Positions 40,114 to 53,899 of a stretch of 64,000 bases of DNA are shown piece by piece. The stretch comes from Escherichia coli (lineage in GTDB: Bacteria > Pseudomonadota > Gammaproteobacteria > Enterobacterales > Enterobacteriaceae), in NCBI RefSeq assembly GCF_003018115.1, contig NZ_CP027457.1, one strand, 5' to 3'. The notes under the pieces are model-generated. The model searched no databases, had not been told where the DNA came from, and saw only the letters and a program-made list of their open reading frames with translations. The position numbers were made by a program, and so were the translations under genes. Each line of letters starts with the position of its first letter. Positions within the stretch are counted from its first letter, which is position 1.

Positions 40114-42845
40114 CGCATCTGGAACTGGTTCCCGTCCCGCCTGTCGCGCAACTGGCGGGCGTGAGCCAGCATTATGGAAAAACCGTTGCGCTGAACAATA
40201 TCACACTCGATATTCCGGCCCGTTGCATGGTCGGGCTGATTGGCCCGGACGGCGTCGGGAAGTCGAGCTTGTTGTCGTTGATTTCCGGTGCCCGCGTCAT
40301 TGAACAGGGCAATGTGATGGTGCTGGGCGGCGATATGCGCGACCCGAAGCATCGCCGCGACGTCTGCCCGCGCATCGCCTGGATGCCGCAGGGGCTGGGC
40401 AAAAATCTCTACCACACCTTATCGGTGTATGAAAATGTCGATTTTTTCGCTCGCCTGTTCGGTCACGATAAAGCGGAGCGGGAAGTGCGAATTAATGAGC
40501 TGCTGACCAGCACCGGGTTAGCACCGTTTCGCGATCGTCCGGCAGGGAAACTCTCCGGCGGGATGAAGCAAAAACTTGGGCTGTGCTGCGCGTTAATCCA
40601 CGACCCGGAACTGTTGATCCTTGATGAGCCAACAACGGGGGTTGACCCGCTCTCCCGCGCCCAGTTCTGGGATCTGATCGACAGTATTCGCCAGCGGCAG
40701 AGCAATATGAGCGTGCTGGTCGCTACCGCCTACATGGAAGAGGCCGAACGCTTCGACTGGCTGGTAGCGATGAATGCCGGAGAAGTGCTGGCAACCGGCA
40801 GCGCCGAAGAGCTGCGGCAGCAAACGCAAAGTGCCACGCTGGAAGAGGCGTTTATAAATCTGTTACCGCAAGCGCAACGCCAGGCGCATCAGGCGGTAGT
40901 GATCCCACCATATCAACCTGAAAACGCAGAGATTGCCATCGAAGCGCGCGATCTGACCATGCGTTTTGGTTCCTTCGTTGCCGTTGATCACGTCAATTTC
41001 CGCATTCCACGCGGGGAGATTTTTGGTTTTCTTGGTTCGAACGGCTGCGGTAAATCCACCACCATGAAAATGCTTACCGGATTGCTGCCCGCCAGCGAAG
41101 GTGAGGCGTGGCTGTTCGGGCAACCGGTTGATCCAAAAGATATCGATACTCGCCGTCGGGTGGGCTATATGTCGCAGGCGTTTTCGCTCTATAACGAGCT
41201 CACCGTGCGGCAAAACCTTGAGTTACATGCCCGTTTGTTTCACATCCCGGAAGCGGAAATTCCCGCAAGAGTGGCTGAAATGAGCGAGCGTTTTAAGCTC
41301 AACGACGTTGAAGATGTTCTGCCGGAGTCATTGCCGCTCGGCATTCGCCAGCGGCTTTCGCTGGCGGTGGCGGTGATTCATCGCCCGGAGATGTTAATCC
41401 TCGATGAGCCTACTTCTGGCGTCGATCCGGTGGCGAGGGATATGTTCTGGCAGTTGATGGTCGATCTCTCGCGCCAGGACAAAGTGACTATCTTCATCTC
41501 CACCCACTTTATGAACGAAGCGGAACGTTGCGACCGCATCTCACTGATGCATGCCGGAAAAGTGCTCGCCAGCGGTACACCGCAGGAACTGGTTGAGAAA
41601 CGCGGAGCCGCCAGTCTGGAAGAGGCATTTATCGCCTATTTGCAGGAAGCGGCAGGACAGAGCAACGAAGCCGAAGCGCCGCCCGTGATACACGACACCA
41701 CCCACGCGCCGCGCCAGGGATTTAGCCTGCGCCGTCTGTTTAGCTACAGCCGCCGCGAAGCGCTGGAACTGCGACGCGATCCGGTACGTTCGACGCTGGC
41801 GCTGATGGGAACAGTGATCCTGATGCTGATAATGGGTTACGGCATCAGTATGGATGTGGAAAACCTGCGCTTTGCGGTGCTTGACCGCGACCAGACCGTC
41901 AGTAGCCAGGCGTGGACGCTCAATCTCTCCGGTTCCCGTTACTTTATTGAACAGCCGCTGCTTACCAGTTATGACGAGCTTGATCGTCGGATGCGTGCGG
42001 GCGATATCACGGTGGCAATTGAGATCCCACCCAATTTCGGGCGCGATATCGCGCGTGGTACGCCCGTGGAACTCGGCGTCTGGATCGACGGTGCAATGCC
42101 GAGCCGTGCCGAAACGGTAAAAGGTTACGTGCAGGCCATGCACCAGAGCTGGCTACAGGATGTGGCGAGCCGACAATCCACGCCCGCCAGCCAAAGCGGG
42201 CTGATGAATATTGAGACACGCTATCGTTATAACCCGGACGTAAAAAGCCTGCCAGCGATTGTTCCGGCGGTGATCCCGCTTCTGCTGATGATGATTCCGT
42301 CAATGCTAAGCGCCCTTAGCGTGGTGCGGGAAAAAGAGCTAGGGTCGATTATCAACCTTTACGTGACCCCCACCACCCGTAGCGAGTTTTTGCTTGGCAA
42401 ACAGCTGCCGTACATCGCGCTGGGGATGCTGAACTTTTTCCTGCTCTGCGGTCTGTCGGTGTTTGTGTTTGGCGTACCGCATAAAGGCAGTTTCCTGACG
42501 CTCACCCTGGCGGCGCTGCTGTATATCATCATCGCCACCGGAATGGGGCTGCTGATCTCCACCTTTATGAAAAGCCAGATTGCCGCCATTTTCGGTACGG
42601 CGATTATCACGTTGATCCCGGCGACACAGTTTTCCGGGATGATCGATCCGGTAGCTTCGCTGGAAGGGCCGGGACGTTGGATCGGCGAGGTTTACCCGAC
42701 CAGTCATTTTCTGACTATCGCCCGCGGGACGTTCTCGAAAGCGCTGGATCTGACTGATTTGTGGCAACTTTTTATCCCGTTGCTGATAGCCATACCGCTG
42801 GTGATGGGCTTAAGCATCCTGCTGCTGAAAAAACAGGAGGGATGA
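40110..42845 (+). CDS. rbbA: Ribosome-associated ATPase RbbA (two ABC ATPase domains fused to an ABC-2 permease domain, 911 aa)
   Basis: Two Walker A motifs ([18 protein letters not shown]), two ABC signatures, C-terminal TM domain. Confidence 0.9.
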
Positions 42846-43969
42846 TGCGCCATTTACGCAATATTTTTAATCTGGGTATCAAAGAGTTGCGCAGTCTACT
42901 CGGTGATAAAGCGATGCTGACATTGATTGTCTTCTCGTTTACGGTGTCGGTGTATTCGTCAGCGACCGTTACGCCAGGATCGTTGAACCTCGCGCCGATC
43001 GCCATTGCCGATATGGATCAATCGCAGTTATCGAACCGGATCGTTAACAGCTTCTATCGCCCGTGGTTTTTGCCACCGGAGATGATCACCGCCGATGAGA
43101 TGGATGCCGGACTGGACGCCGGGCGTTATACCTTTGCGATAAATATTCCGCCTAATTTTCAGCGTGATGTCCTCGCCGGACGCCAGCCGGATATTCAGGT
43201 GAACGTCGATGCCACGCGCATGAGCCAGGCATTTACCGGCAATGGGTATATCCAGAATATTATCAACGGTGAAGTGAACAGCTTTGTCGCGCGCTACCGT
43301 GATAACAGCGAACCGTTGGTATCGCTGGAAACCCGGATGCGCTTTAACCCGAACCTTGATCCCGCGTGGTTTGGCGGGGTGATGGCGATCATCAACAACA
43401 TTACTATGCTGGCGATTGTATTGACCGGATCGGCGCTGATCCGCGAGCGTGAACACGGCACGGTGGAACACTTACTGGTGATGCCGATAACGCCGTTTGA
43501 GATCATGATGGCGAAGGTCTGGTCGATGGGGCTAGTGGTGCTGGTGGTATCGGGATTATCGCTGGTGCTGATGGTGAAAGGCGTGCTGGGCGTACCGATT
43601 GAAGGCTCGATCCCGCTGTTTATGCTGGGCGTGGCGCTCAGTCTGTTTGCCACCACGTCAATCGGCATTTTTATGGGGACGATAGCGCGTTCAATGCCGC
43701 AACTGGGGCTGCTGGTGATTCTGGTGCTGCTGCCGCTGCAAATGCTTTCCGGTGGATCCACGCCGCGCGAAAGTATGCCGCAGATGGTGCAGGACATTAT
43801 GCTGACCATGCCGACGACACACTTTGTTAGCCTCGCGCAGGCCATTCTCTACCGGGGTGCCGGATTCGAAATCGTCTGGCCGCAGTTCCTGACGCTGATG
43901 GCAATTGGCGGCGCGTTTTTCACCATTGCGCTGCTGCGATTCAGGAAGACGATTGGGACAATGGCGTAA
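42845..43969 (+). CDS. yhhJ: ABC-2 type permease YhhJ (374 aa; start at the second ATG of atgatg, overlapping the rbbA stop)
   Basis: Matches YhhJ from [15 protein letters not shown]. Confidence 0.85.
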   Translation: MRHLRNIFNLGIKELRSLLGDKAMLTLIVFSFTVSVYSSATVTPGSLNLAPIAIADMDQSQLSNRIVNSFYRPWFLPPEMITADEMDAGLDAGRYTFAINIPPNFQRDVLAGRQPDIQVNVDATRMSQAFTGNGYIQNIINGEVNSFVARYRDNSEPLVSLETRMRFNPNLDPAWFGGVMAIINNITMLAIVLTGSALIREREHGTVEHLLVMPITPFEIMMAKVWSMGLVVLVVSGLSLVLMVKGVLGVPIEGSIPLFMLGVALSLFATTSIGIFMGTIARSMPQLGLLVILVLLPLQMLSGGSTPRESMPQMVQDIMLTMPTTHFVSLAQAILYRGAGFEIVWPQFLTLMAIGGAFFTIALLRFRKTIGTMA

Positions 43970-43980
43970 GGAAGGGAAAC

Positions 43981-44033
43981 TTGACTTCATACTGTGATGT
44001 CATACTATTGATGTCATAAAGTGAAGTCATAAG
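43981..44033. promoter_or_regulatory. Operator-like cluster of four (t)ga(t/a)gtcata repeats upstream of the hicA-like gene
   Basis: ttgacttcata / tgatgtcata / tgatgtcata / tgaagtcata read from sequence, with acttca...tgaagt inverted pair. Confidence 0.3.
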
Positions 44034-44041
44034 GACATGCC

Positions 44042-44317
44042 ATGAGAACCAAGGTACAGGCTTTACGGAAGAAACAAAAAAATACATTGGATCAAATATT
44101 TAAAACTCCTGTTCCTCAAGGGATCAAGTGGTCTGATATAGAGTCACTGGTTAAAGCATTAGGCGGAGAAATTAAGGAAGGAAGAGGTTCGCGTTGTAAG
44201 TTCATACTAAATATGAGCGTTGCGTGTTTCCATCGGCCTCATCCGTCGCCAGATACCGATAAAGGCGCTGTAGAAAGCGTGCGTGACTGGTTACTAAGTA
44301 TAGGGGTAAAACCATGA
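44042..44317 (+). CDS. HicA-like mRNA interferase toxin (91 aa)
   Basis: YcfA/HicA-like motifs GSRCKF...HRPHP...KGAV; 4 bp overlap with the downstream antitoxin-like ORF. Confidence 0.55.
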   Translation: MRTKVQALRKKQKNTLDQIFKTPVPQGIKWSDIESLVKALGGEIKEGRGSRCKFILNMSVACFHRPHPSPDTDKGAVESVRDWLLSIGVKP

Positions 44318-44673
44318 TCAAACTGAAGACGCCAAACTCTATGGAGATTGCCGGGCAACCTGCTGTTATCACTTACGTGCCAGAACTGAATGCATTTCGT
44401 GGCAAATTCCTGGGCTTGTCAGGTTATTGTGATTTTGTCTCTGACAGCATTCAGGGGCTGCAAAAAGAAGGGGAACTTTCCCTGCGAGAGTATCTTGAGG
44501 ATTGTAAAGCTGCGGGTATTGAGCCGTATGCGCGTACAGAAAAGATTAAGACCTTTACGTTACGCTATCCAGAATCGCTGAGTGAACGCCTTAATAATGC
44601 GGCTGCGCAGCAACAAGTCTCTGTTAATACCTATATTATTGAAACACTGAATGAGCGTTTGAATCATTTATAA
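44314..44673 (+). CDS. HicB-like antitoxin with C-terminal ribbon-helix-helix DNA-binding region (119 aa)
   Basis: N-terminal HicB-like fold region, C-terminal RYPESLSERLNNAAAQQQVSVNTYIIETLNERL resembling RHH. Confidence 0.55.
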   Translation: MIKLKTPNSMEIAGQPAVITYVPELNAFRGKFLGLSGYCDFVSDSIQGLQKEGELSLREYLEDCKAAGIEPYARTEKIKTFTLRYPESLSERLNNAAAQQQVSVNTYIIETLNERLNHL

Positions 44674-44727
44674 ATTTTAGCGGCGTACATTACGCAGAAT
44701 ATCTGCCTTTACAGGATCTATCTATGC

Positions 44728-44760
44728 AACTGAACTTAATTTTATAAATTAAGTTCAGTT
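44728..44760. terminator. Near-perfect 33 bp palindrome (aactgaacttaatt...aattaagttcagtt) between the convergent hicB-like gene and nikR
   Basis: Read from sequence; bidirectional terminator or island-boundary structure. Confidence 0.4.
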
Positions 44761-44792
44761 AATATCTTTTCTTTCCTCGTTTTAGAAATAAC

Positions 44793-47596
<2,804 letters not shown>

Positions 47597-47600
<4 letters not shown>

Positions 47601-48541
47601 GCGTGCGCTCCTTCATGACGACGAATGCGCGGGTCCAGCGCGGCGTTGAGCAAATCGACAATCAAATTACAGACCACAAAAACCACCACCATCATCAGCG
47701 TAAAGCACTGAATCACCGGATAGTCACGGTTAAAAATCGCCGACACCGCATAGCGCCCGACGCCCGGCCAGGCAAAGATGTTTTCGATAATCATCGTCCC
47801 GCCAATCAGTTCGCCGATGTGCATCCCCACGGCGGTGATCATCGGCAGCGAGGCATTGCGCAGAATATGGCGGCGTTCGGTCTGTTTGTCGTTCAGGCCG
47901 CGCAGACGCGCCCAGGTGACGTGACGCTGACCGGCGACGTCCAGCATACTGGCGCGCAGTAAACGCGCGTTAATCGCCAGCGACATAAAGGCAATGGAAA
48001 CCGCAGGCAAAATGATGTGCTGCCAGCCGCCGTAGCCCATCGCGGGTAGCCATTGCAGATACACCGAAAACGCCATCACCAGTAAAAACGCCAGCCAGAA
48101 GTTAGGCATCGACACGCCAAGAAATGCGATGAAACGTACGGCGAAATCCGGCAGACGGTCGCGATGGCGCGCCGCCCAGATACCGAGCGGTACGGAAGTG
48201 AGCAGAATTAATACCAGCGCCGCACCTGCAAGTTCCAGCGTGGCGGGCAGGAAGTTCAGCATATCGTCCAGTACCGGGCGTTGGCTGGCGAATGAGATAC
48301 CAAAGTCAAGATGCAGCGCCTTCCACAACCAGGTGCCGTACTGGACGTACAGCGGCTGATCCAGTCCCAGCATGGTGCGGGTAGAGGCCAGCATCTCCGG
48401 CGTCGGCGGCAGGTTAGACAGACGCAAATAATCGAGCGCCGGGTCGCCGGTACCGAGGCGCAGCATCAGAAAAATGATCACCGAGGCGGCGAGCACCATC
48501 GGGATCAGCAGCAGAAAGCGGCGTAATACGTAACGCAACAT
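47597..48541 (-). CDS. nikB: Nickel ABC transporter permease NikB (314 aa)
   Basis: Opp/Dpp-type permease; NikB sequence. Confidence 0.9.
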
Positions 48542-50115
48542 TAAGGTTTCACCGGTTTAATCTGTTCGAACGGAATTTCGGTGGCGATCGGCGCGTAGGG
48601 GATGTTACCCAGCTCCGGTTTTGATACCACCATCATTGAGATGTAACTGATAGGCAGATAAACCGCCTCGTCATGCAGACGGGTCAGAATGTCGCGATAC
48701 AGCGCCTGACGTTGCGTTTCGTCATGGGTCGCCAGCACTTCGCCGATCTCTTTATCAATCAGCGGTTTGTCGGCTAATCCTTGCTGTGCCTGGAAGTCAG
48801 CGTGTGACGGTACGCGCATTGAACTGAGGAAGGCGTGTGGATCGTATGGCGCGCCCCAGGTGCGGTGGAAAATCATGCCAAAACGACCGTCGCGCTGACG
48901 AGCATAGATACTGCTCTCTTCTTCGCCAATCAGCGAGACATCTGCGCCAATCTGGCGCAGATCAGCCTGAATGATTTCCGCCATCGATTTGCTTAACGCA
49001 TCGGTGCCGATGAACGACAGTTCAATGCGCAGCGGCTGACCATTTTTCTCGCGGATGTCTTTGCCCGCAGGCAGCGTCCAACCGGCTTTTTCCAGCAACT
49101 CTTTTGCTTTCTGCGGATCGTACTGGCGCGGTTTCAGGCCGAGGTTGGCGTAGGGCACAGAAGGGGCAAACAGGGTGTCGGCGACCTGCTGGGTGCCATA
49201 CAACGCGTTATCAATCAGCGATTTTTTGTTTACCGCGTAATTAAGAGCTTCACGTACTGCCAGCTCGTTGGTGGGGGCTTTGGCGGTATTGAGCGCCAGC
49301 ATCACGGTTTCGATCGGCTGTGACAGTTGGGTGTGGTAAGCCGGATTCTGGCTAAAGCGGGCGAAGGTATCGAGCGGTAATAACCCTTCGTTTCCGTACA
49401 GCAGGTCGATATCGCCAGTTTCAAACGCCACCGCGCGGGTAGTCGGGTCCGGGATGACGTTAAAAGTGATCTTCTTAATCGCCGGCTTTTCGCCCCAGTA
49501 GTTTTCGTTACGGACGAAGACATCGTACTGATTCAGTTTCGATTCCTGCAAAATCCACGGTCCGGTGCCAATCGGCGCTTTAATTCCGTTCATGGTTTCA
49601 TGGTTTTTAAACTGCGAGGGGGCGATAAAACGGAAAGGGCGCGGCAGGGCCAGTTCTTGCAGGAAAGGATAGTAGGCGCTTTTCAGGGTGATTTGCAGCT
49701 CTGTTTTACTGAGTGCTTTAACATCAACAATCTGGTTTGCCAGCTCCAGCCAGGCGTGACGTTGACGGTTATCGAGCACTGCGCGGAAGTTTTCTGCCGC
49801 CGCCTCGGCATCGAACGGTTCACCGTTGGAGAATTTCACGTCATCACGCAGGGTGAAGGTCCAGGTTTTACCATCTTCTGAATGAGTCCAGCTTTTTGCC
49901 AGCCACGGGATCACCGAACCGTCTGCCTGATATTTCACCAATGGTTCATAAACCATGCTCTGGGCGAACATCTGGTTAGGCGTGTAAAGGTGCGGGTTTA
50001 GTGGCCCGACATTCACCGGCCAGGCGGTGGTGATTTCATCTGGTGCAGCGGCATGGACGATAAAAGACGCACAAGCCAGCAGCGCAAATAGAGTGCGGCG
50101 GAGTGTGGAGAGCAT
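48541..50115 (-). CDS. nikA: Periplasmic nickel-binding protein NikA (524 aa)
   Basis: Signal peptide plus family 5 solute-binding protein; NikA sequence. Confidence 0.9.
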
Positions 50116-50152
50116 GGTAACCCCAATGGATTAAAATAGATGGCGGAAATAA

Positions 50153-50180
50153 GTATGACGATTTTAAGTATTCGTCATAC
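50153..50180. promoter_or_regulatory. NikR operator GTATGA-N16-TCATAC upstream of nikA
   Basis: Exact match to the NikR dyad with 16 bp spacer, about 40 bp upstream of the nikA start. Confidence 0.6.
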
Positions 50181-50225
50181 TGATTACCTGTTCTGGATCA
50201 ATAGATGGGCAGTCGGGTGGGCGGA

Positions 50226-50813
50226 TCAGTTAACTGAATCGATCCATTGCACACTGTCGGCGGTGAGCGTAAAGGGGGTGGGGGTGCAGATCGCAAGGCT
50301 TAAATTTTCAAGCTGACAATGGCTGACTGACAGCGAGGAGTGATAGGTGCTGTCTACGCTGACGATTTGCCAGGCGCTGCCGCCACGCTGTTTAACGATG
50401 GCTTCTTTGCGCGTCCAGATGCGCCAGAACATTTCCAGTTGCTGATCAGGATGCACGGCGTCCATCTCAGCGTGTTCCCCGAGGCTGAATACGGCGTTCG
50501 CCAGCCAGCGCCAGTTGGCGCGCGGGCGAATCACTTCGATATCGCAGCCGACTTCGCCTTCATCACTCAACAGCAGGGCGATATCGTCACCGCTATGGCT
50601 TAAGTTGAACCATAGCGGCATTTCCGGCGCAAATGCAGGTTTGCCTTGTTCGCCATAGATGATCTCCGGTAGCGGGGAAAGCGTGTGCGAAAGCAATGCA
50701 CGCCCCGCCAGCCAGCGTTCGCGTCGTGGACCTTGCGGTGCTTGCTCGCGTAAACCCGGTGGCAGTGGAGCTGCGCTTAAGGTCGAAACTTTCCCCAGAA
50801 CTATCCGATACAT
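50226..50813 (-). CDS. acpT: 4'-phosphopantetheinyl transferase AcpT (195 aa)
   Basis: Matches AcpT; position next to nikA. Confidence 0.8.
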   Translation of the reverse strand: MYRIVLGKVSTLSAAPLPPGLREQAPQGPRRERWLAGRALLSHTLSPLPEIIYGEQGKPAFAPEMPLWFNLSHSGDDIALLLSDEGEVGCDIEVIRPRANWRWLANAVFSLGEHAEMDAVHPDQQLEMFWRIWTRKEAIVKQRGGSAWQIVSVDSTYHSSLSVSHCQLENLSLAICTPTPFTLTADSVQWIDSVN

Positions 50814-50867
50814 ATCAGGGCCAACGTTTAATGGAAAATGAAAGTGCGTATCGTATCACTTGTCGCC

Positions 50868-51917
50868 TCATCCCGGTAACCGACTTTTCGGTCTGCCCGG
50901 CCCCAGTAAAATCGCCAGTTTGCTGCCACCTTTCGTCGTTTCCATCCAGATTTTACACACGCTGGTTAATGGCACCGAAAGTAGCATCCCTACCGGGCCG
51001 AGCAGCCATCCCCAGATTAACAATGAAAGAAATACCACCATGGTGGACATCCCCAGGCGATGGCCCATCATCCGTGGTTCTAAAATATTGCCGATGACCA
51101 TATGGACCACTAAAAACAATGCGCCGACCAGAATACATTCGTAAACACCATTAAACAGCAGCACCTGAATCATTGGCGGTACGGCGGAAATTACCGCGCC
51201 GATATTGGGCACGTAGTTGAGCAAAAACGCCAGTACTGCCCACATCAGCGCAAACTGCACCCCCATCAGCTCCAGCCCCAGCCAGACGATGACACCTGTC
51301 CATAAACTGAGTAGCGTCTTCAATGCAAGATAGTGCGAAACGCCTTTAAGTGCGCGGTGTAATCCTGCGATGTGAATCTGTGGGTTATTCAGCGCAAAAC
51401 GCATTTTGTAAGGGACGTGGCGCACTTCAAACAGCATAAAAACTACGGTCATCACCAGCAAAAGCACGCTCGCCATTGCCCCGGAAAGCCCGGTCATTAG
51501 CGCTGTGGTGAAGGTAACCACTTTTTCCGAGTCCATCCGCTGCAGCATTCGCTCCGGCGACATATGCAAATTAAGAAAAGGCAACATCTCCTGCAATTTA
51601 AAAAGTTTGCGCGTCAACTCCTTATTAAACTTCGGCAGCATAGAGATAAATTCGTTAAACGATGCCGCCAGTACGCCGACCAGCGCAGTTAGTGCGATCA
51701 GCATCACCACCACCACAATCGTAATGGCAATGGGGCGTTGTACTCCCCGACGAATAAACCAGGTGACGAGCGGGTTGAGGACGATGGCAAAAAACAGCGC
51801 CAGTAACAGCTGCACAATGATATCTGCCGCTGCGTGAATGCCCGCGAGGATCACTACCAGCGAGGCCAGCTTGAGCAGAATGTGCATGCCCGTTTTATCG
51901 GGTTGAGGGGTTTCCAT
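50868..51917 (-). CDS. yhhT: AI-2E family transporter YhhT (349 aa; start at METPQPDKTG)
   Basis: Polytopic membrane protein matching YhhT; track ORF has a 27 aa extension. Confidence 0.8.
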   Translation of the reverse strand: METPQPDKTGMHILLKLASLVVILAGIHAAADIIVQLLLALFFAIVLNPLVTWFIRRGVQRPIAITIVVVVMLIALTALVGVLAASFNEFISMLPKFNKELTRKLFKLQEMLPFLNLHMSPERMLQRMDSEKVVTFTTALMTGLSGAMASVLLLVMTVVFMLFEVRHVPYKMRFALNNPQIHIAGLHRALKGVSHYLALKTLLSLWTGVIVWLGLELMGVQFALMWAVLAFLLNYVPNIGAVISAVPPMIQVLLFNGVYECILVGALFLVVHMVIGNILEPRMMGHRLGMSTMVVFLSLLIWGWLLGPVGMLLSVPLTSVCKIWMETTKGGSKLAILLGPGRPKSRLPG

Positions 51918-52048
51918 TGGGGCTTCCTTGTGACTTTTTGTATTAAGTGTAGCGGGAGTCACGCCAGCAATATTCTGATTCTTACTGCTGATTTTCACGT
52001 CAGCACGTGGTAAAAATGAAACACTGTTGTAAAAATGTGGTGATCCTC

Positions 52049-53266
52049 ATGCCCGAACCCGTAGCCGAACCCGCGCTAAACGGATTGCGCCTGAATTTGC
52101 GCATTGTCTCTATAGTCATGTTTAACTTCGCCAGCTACCTCACCATCGGGTTGCCGCTCGCTGTATTACCGGGCTATGTCCATGATGTGATGGGCTTTAG
52201 CGCCTTCTGGGCAGGATTGGTTATCAGCCTGCAATATTTCGCCACCTTGCTGAGCCGCCCTCATGCCGGACGTTACGCCGATTTGCTGGGACCCAAAAAG
52301 ATTGTCGTCTTCGGTTTATGCGGCTGCTTTTTGAGCGGTCTGGGGTATCTGACGGCAGGATTAACCGCCAGTCTGCCTGTCATCAGCCTGTTATTACTTT
52401 GCCTGGGGCGCGTCATCCTTGGGATTGGGCAAAGTTTTGCCGGAACGGGATCGACCCTGTGGGGTGTTGGCGTGGTTGGCTCGCTGCATATCGGGCGGGT
52501 GATTTCGTGGAACGGCATTGTCACTTACGGGGCGATGGCGATGGGTGCGCCGTTAGGCGTCGTGTTTTATCACTGGGGCGGCTTGCAGGCGTTAGCGTTA
52601 ATCATTATGGGCGTGGCGCTGGTGGCCATTTTGTTGGCGATCCCGCGTCCGACGGTAAAAGCCAGTAAAGGCAAACCGCTGCCGTTTCGCGCGGTGCTTG
52701 GGCGCGTCTGGCTGTACGGTATGGCGCTGGCACTGGCTTCCGCCGGATTTGGCGTCATCGCCACCTTTATCACGCTGTTTTATGACGCTAAAGGTTGGGA
52801 CGGTGCGGCTTTCGCGCTGACGCTGTTTAGCTGTGCGTTTGTCGGTACGCGTTTGTTATTCCCTAACGGCATTAACCGTATCGGCGGCTTAAACGTAGCG
52901 ATGATTTGCTTTAGCGTTGAGATAATCGGCCTGCTACTGGTTGGCGTGGCGACTATGCCGTGGATGGCGAAAATCGGCGTCTTACTGGCGGGGGCCGGGT
53001 TTTCGCTGGTGTTCCCGGCATTGGGTGTAGTGGCGGTAAAAGCGGTTCCGCAGCAAAATCAGGGGGCGGCGCTGGCAACTTACACCGTATTTATGGATTT
53101 ATCGCTTGGCGTGACTGGACCACTGGCTGGGCTGGTGATGAGCTGGGCGGGCGTACCGGTGATTTATCTGGCGGCGGCGGGACTGGTCGCAATCGCGTTA
53201 TTACTGACGTGGCGATTAAAAAAACGGCCTCCGGAACACGTCCCTGAGGCCGCCTCATCATCTTAA
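52049..53266 (+). CDS. yhhS: MFS transporter YhhS (405 aa; start at MPEPVAEPAL)
   Basis: 12-TM MFS-like protein matching YhhS. Confidence 0.8.
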   Translation: MPEPVAEPALNGLRLNLRIVSIVMFNFASYLTIGLPLAVLPGYVHDVMGFSAFWAGLVISLQYFATLLSRPHAGRYADLLGPKKIVVFGLCGCFLSGLGYLTAGLTASLPVISLLLLCLGRVILGIGQSFAGTGSTLWGVGVVGSLHIGRVISWNGIVTYGAMAMGAPLGVVFYHWGGLQALALIIMGVALVAILLAIPRPTVKASKGKPLPFRAVLGRVWLYGMALALASAGFGVIATFITLFYDAKGWDGAAFALTLFSCAFVGTRLLFPNGINRIGGLNVAMICFSVEIIGLLLVGVATMPWMAKIGVLLAGAGFSLVFPALGVVAVKAVPQQNQGAALATYTVFMDLSLGVTGPLAGLVMSWAGVPVIYLAAAGLVAIALLLTWRLKKRPPEHVPEAASSS

Positions 53267-53269
53267 AAC

Positions 53270-53827
53270 TTACTGAATAACCAGCGTATTAATGATGTTT
53301 TCTGCGGTGGTCTGCGCTTTTTGCTGATCGTCAGCGGGCAGAGTAATTTGCATGGTCAGCAGTTGATTACCCACGTTACCCAGAATAACGGAAGAGTACG
53401 CCGTCTGGCCTTTCGCGGAGATAATACTGTCTAACTGCTGCATTTTGTGACCTTTCAGCTCAATGGCTTTATTGGTTACCACTTGCAGCTGCGGATCGCG
53501 GCTACGTTGCTGATCTTCCAGACGCTTCGCCAGCACCGCCAGATCTTCTTTCGGATCATCGCCCATGATGACGATGACTGCTTTCTGCCCGGTGGCGTCG
53601 GACCAGACATGCATGTTATTGGCCTGCGTTCCCAGCTTACCGCTCTGGTCGGTCATATCCGCTGGCAGCGAGAAACTTAACTTGCCATCAAGCAGGTTGA
53701 CGGGATTCCCGGTAGCGTTACTTTCCGCGACCGAACCCTGCGCCGTAGCGTTAGTGTCTTTATCATCACAGGCCGCAAGCCCCATAACCAGCAGGCCAAT
53801 TCCGACATATTTAACCAGATTGCGCAT
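53270..53827 (-). CDS. dcrB: Periplasmic lipoprotein DcrB (185 aa; start at [10 protein letters not shown])
   Basis: Lipobox LAACDD, DcrB sequence. Confidence 0.8.
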
Positions 53828-53899
53828 TGACTTCTTCCTTTCGATAAACGGCCATAACGGCTCATTCATCCATCTTATCACAACTCTGATAACGAACCT

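Noticed and set aside
50180-50230. FNR half-site-like ttgatcc upstream of nikA
   Set aside because: No proper TTGAT-N4-ATCAA dyad at correct spacing; only the NikR operator is convincing.
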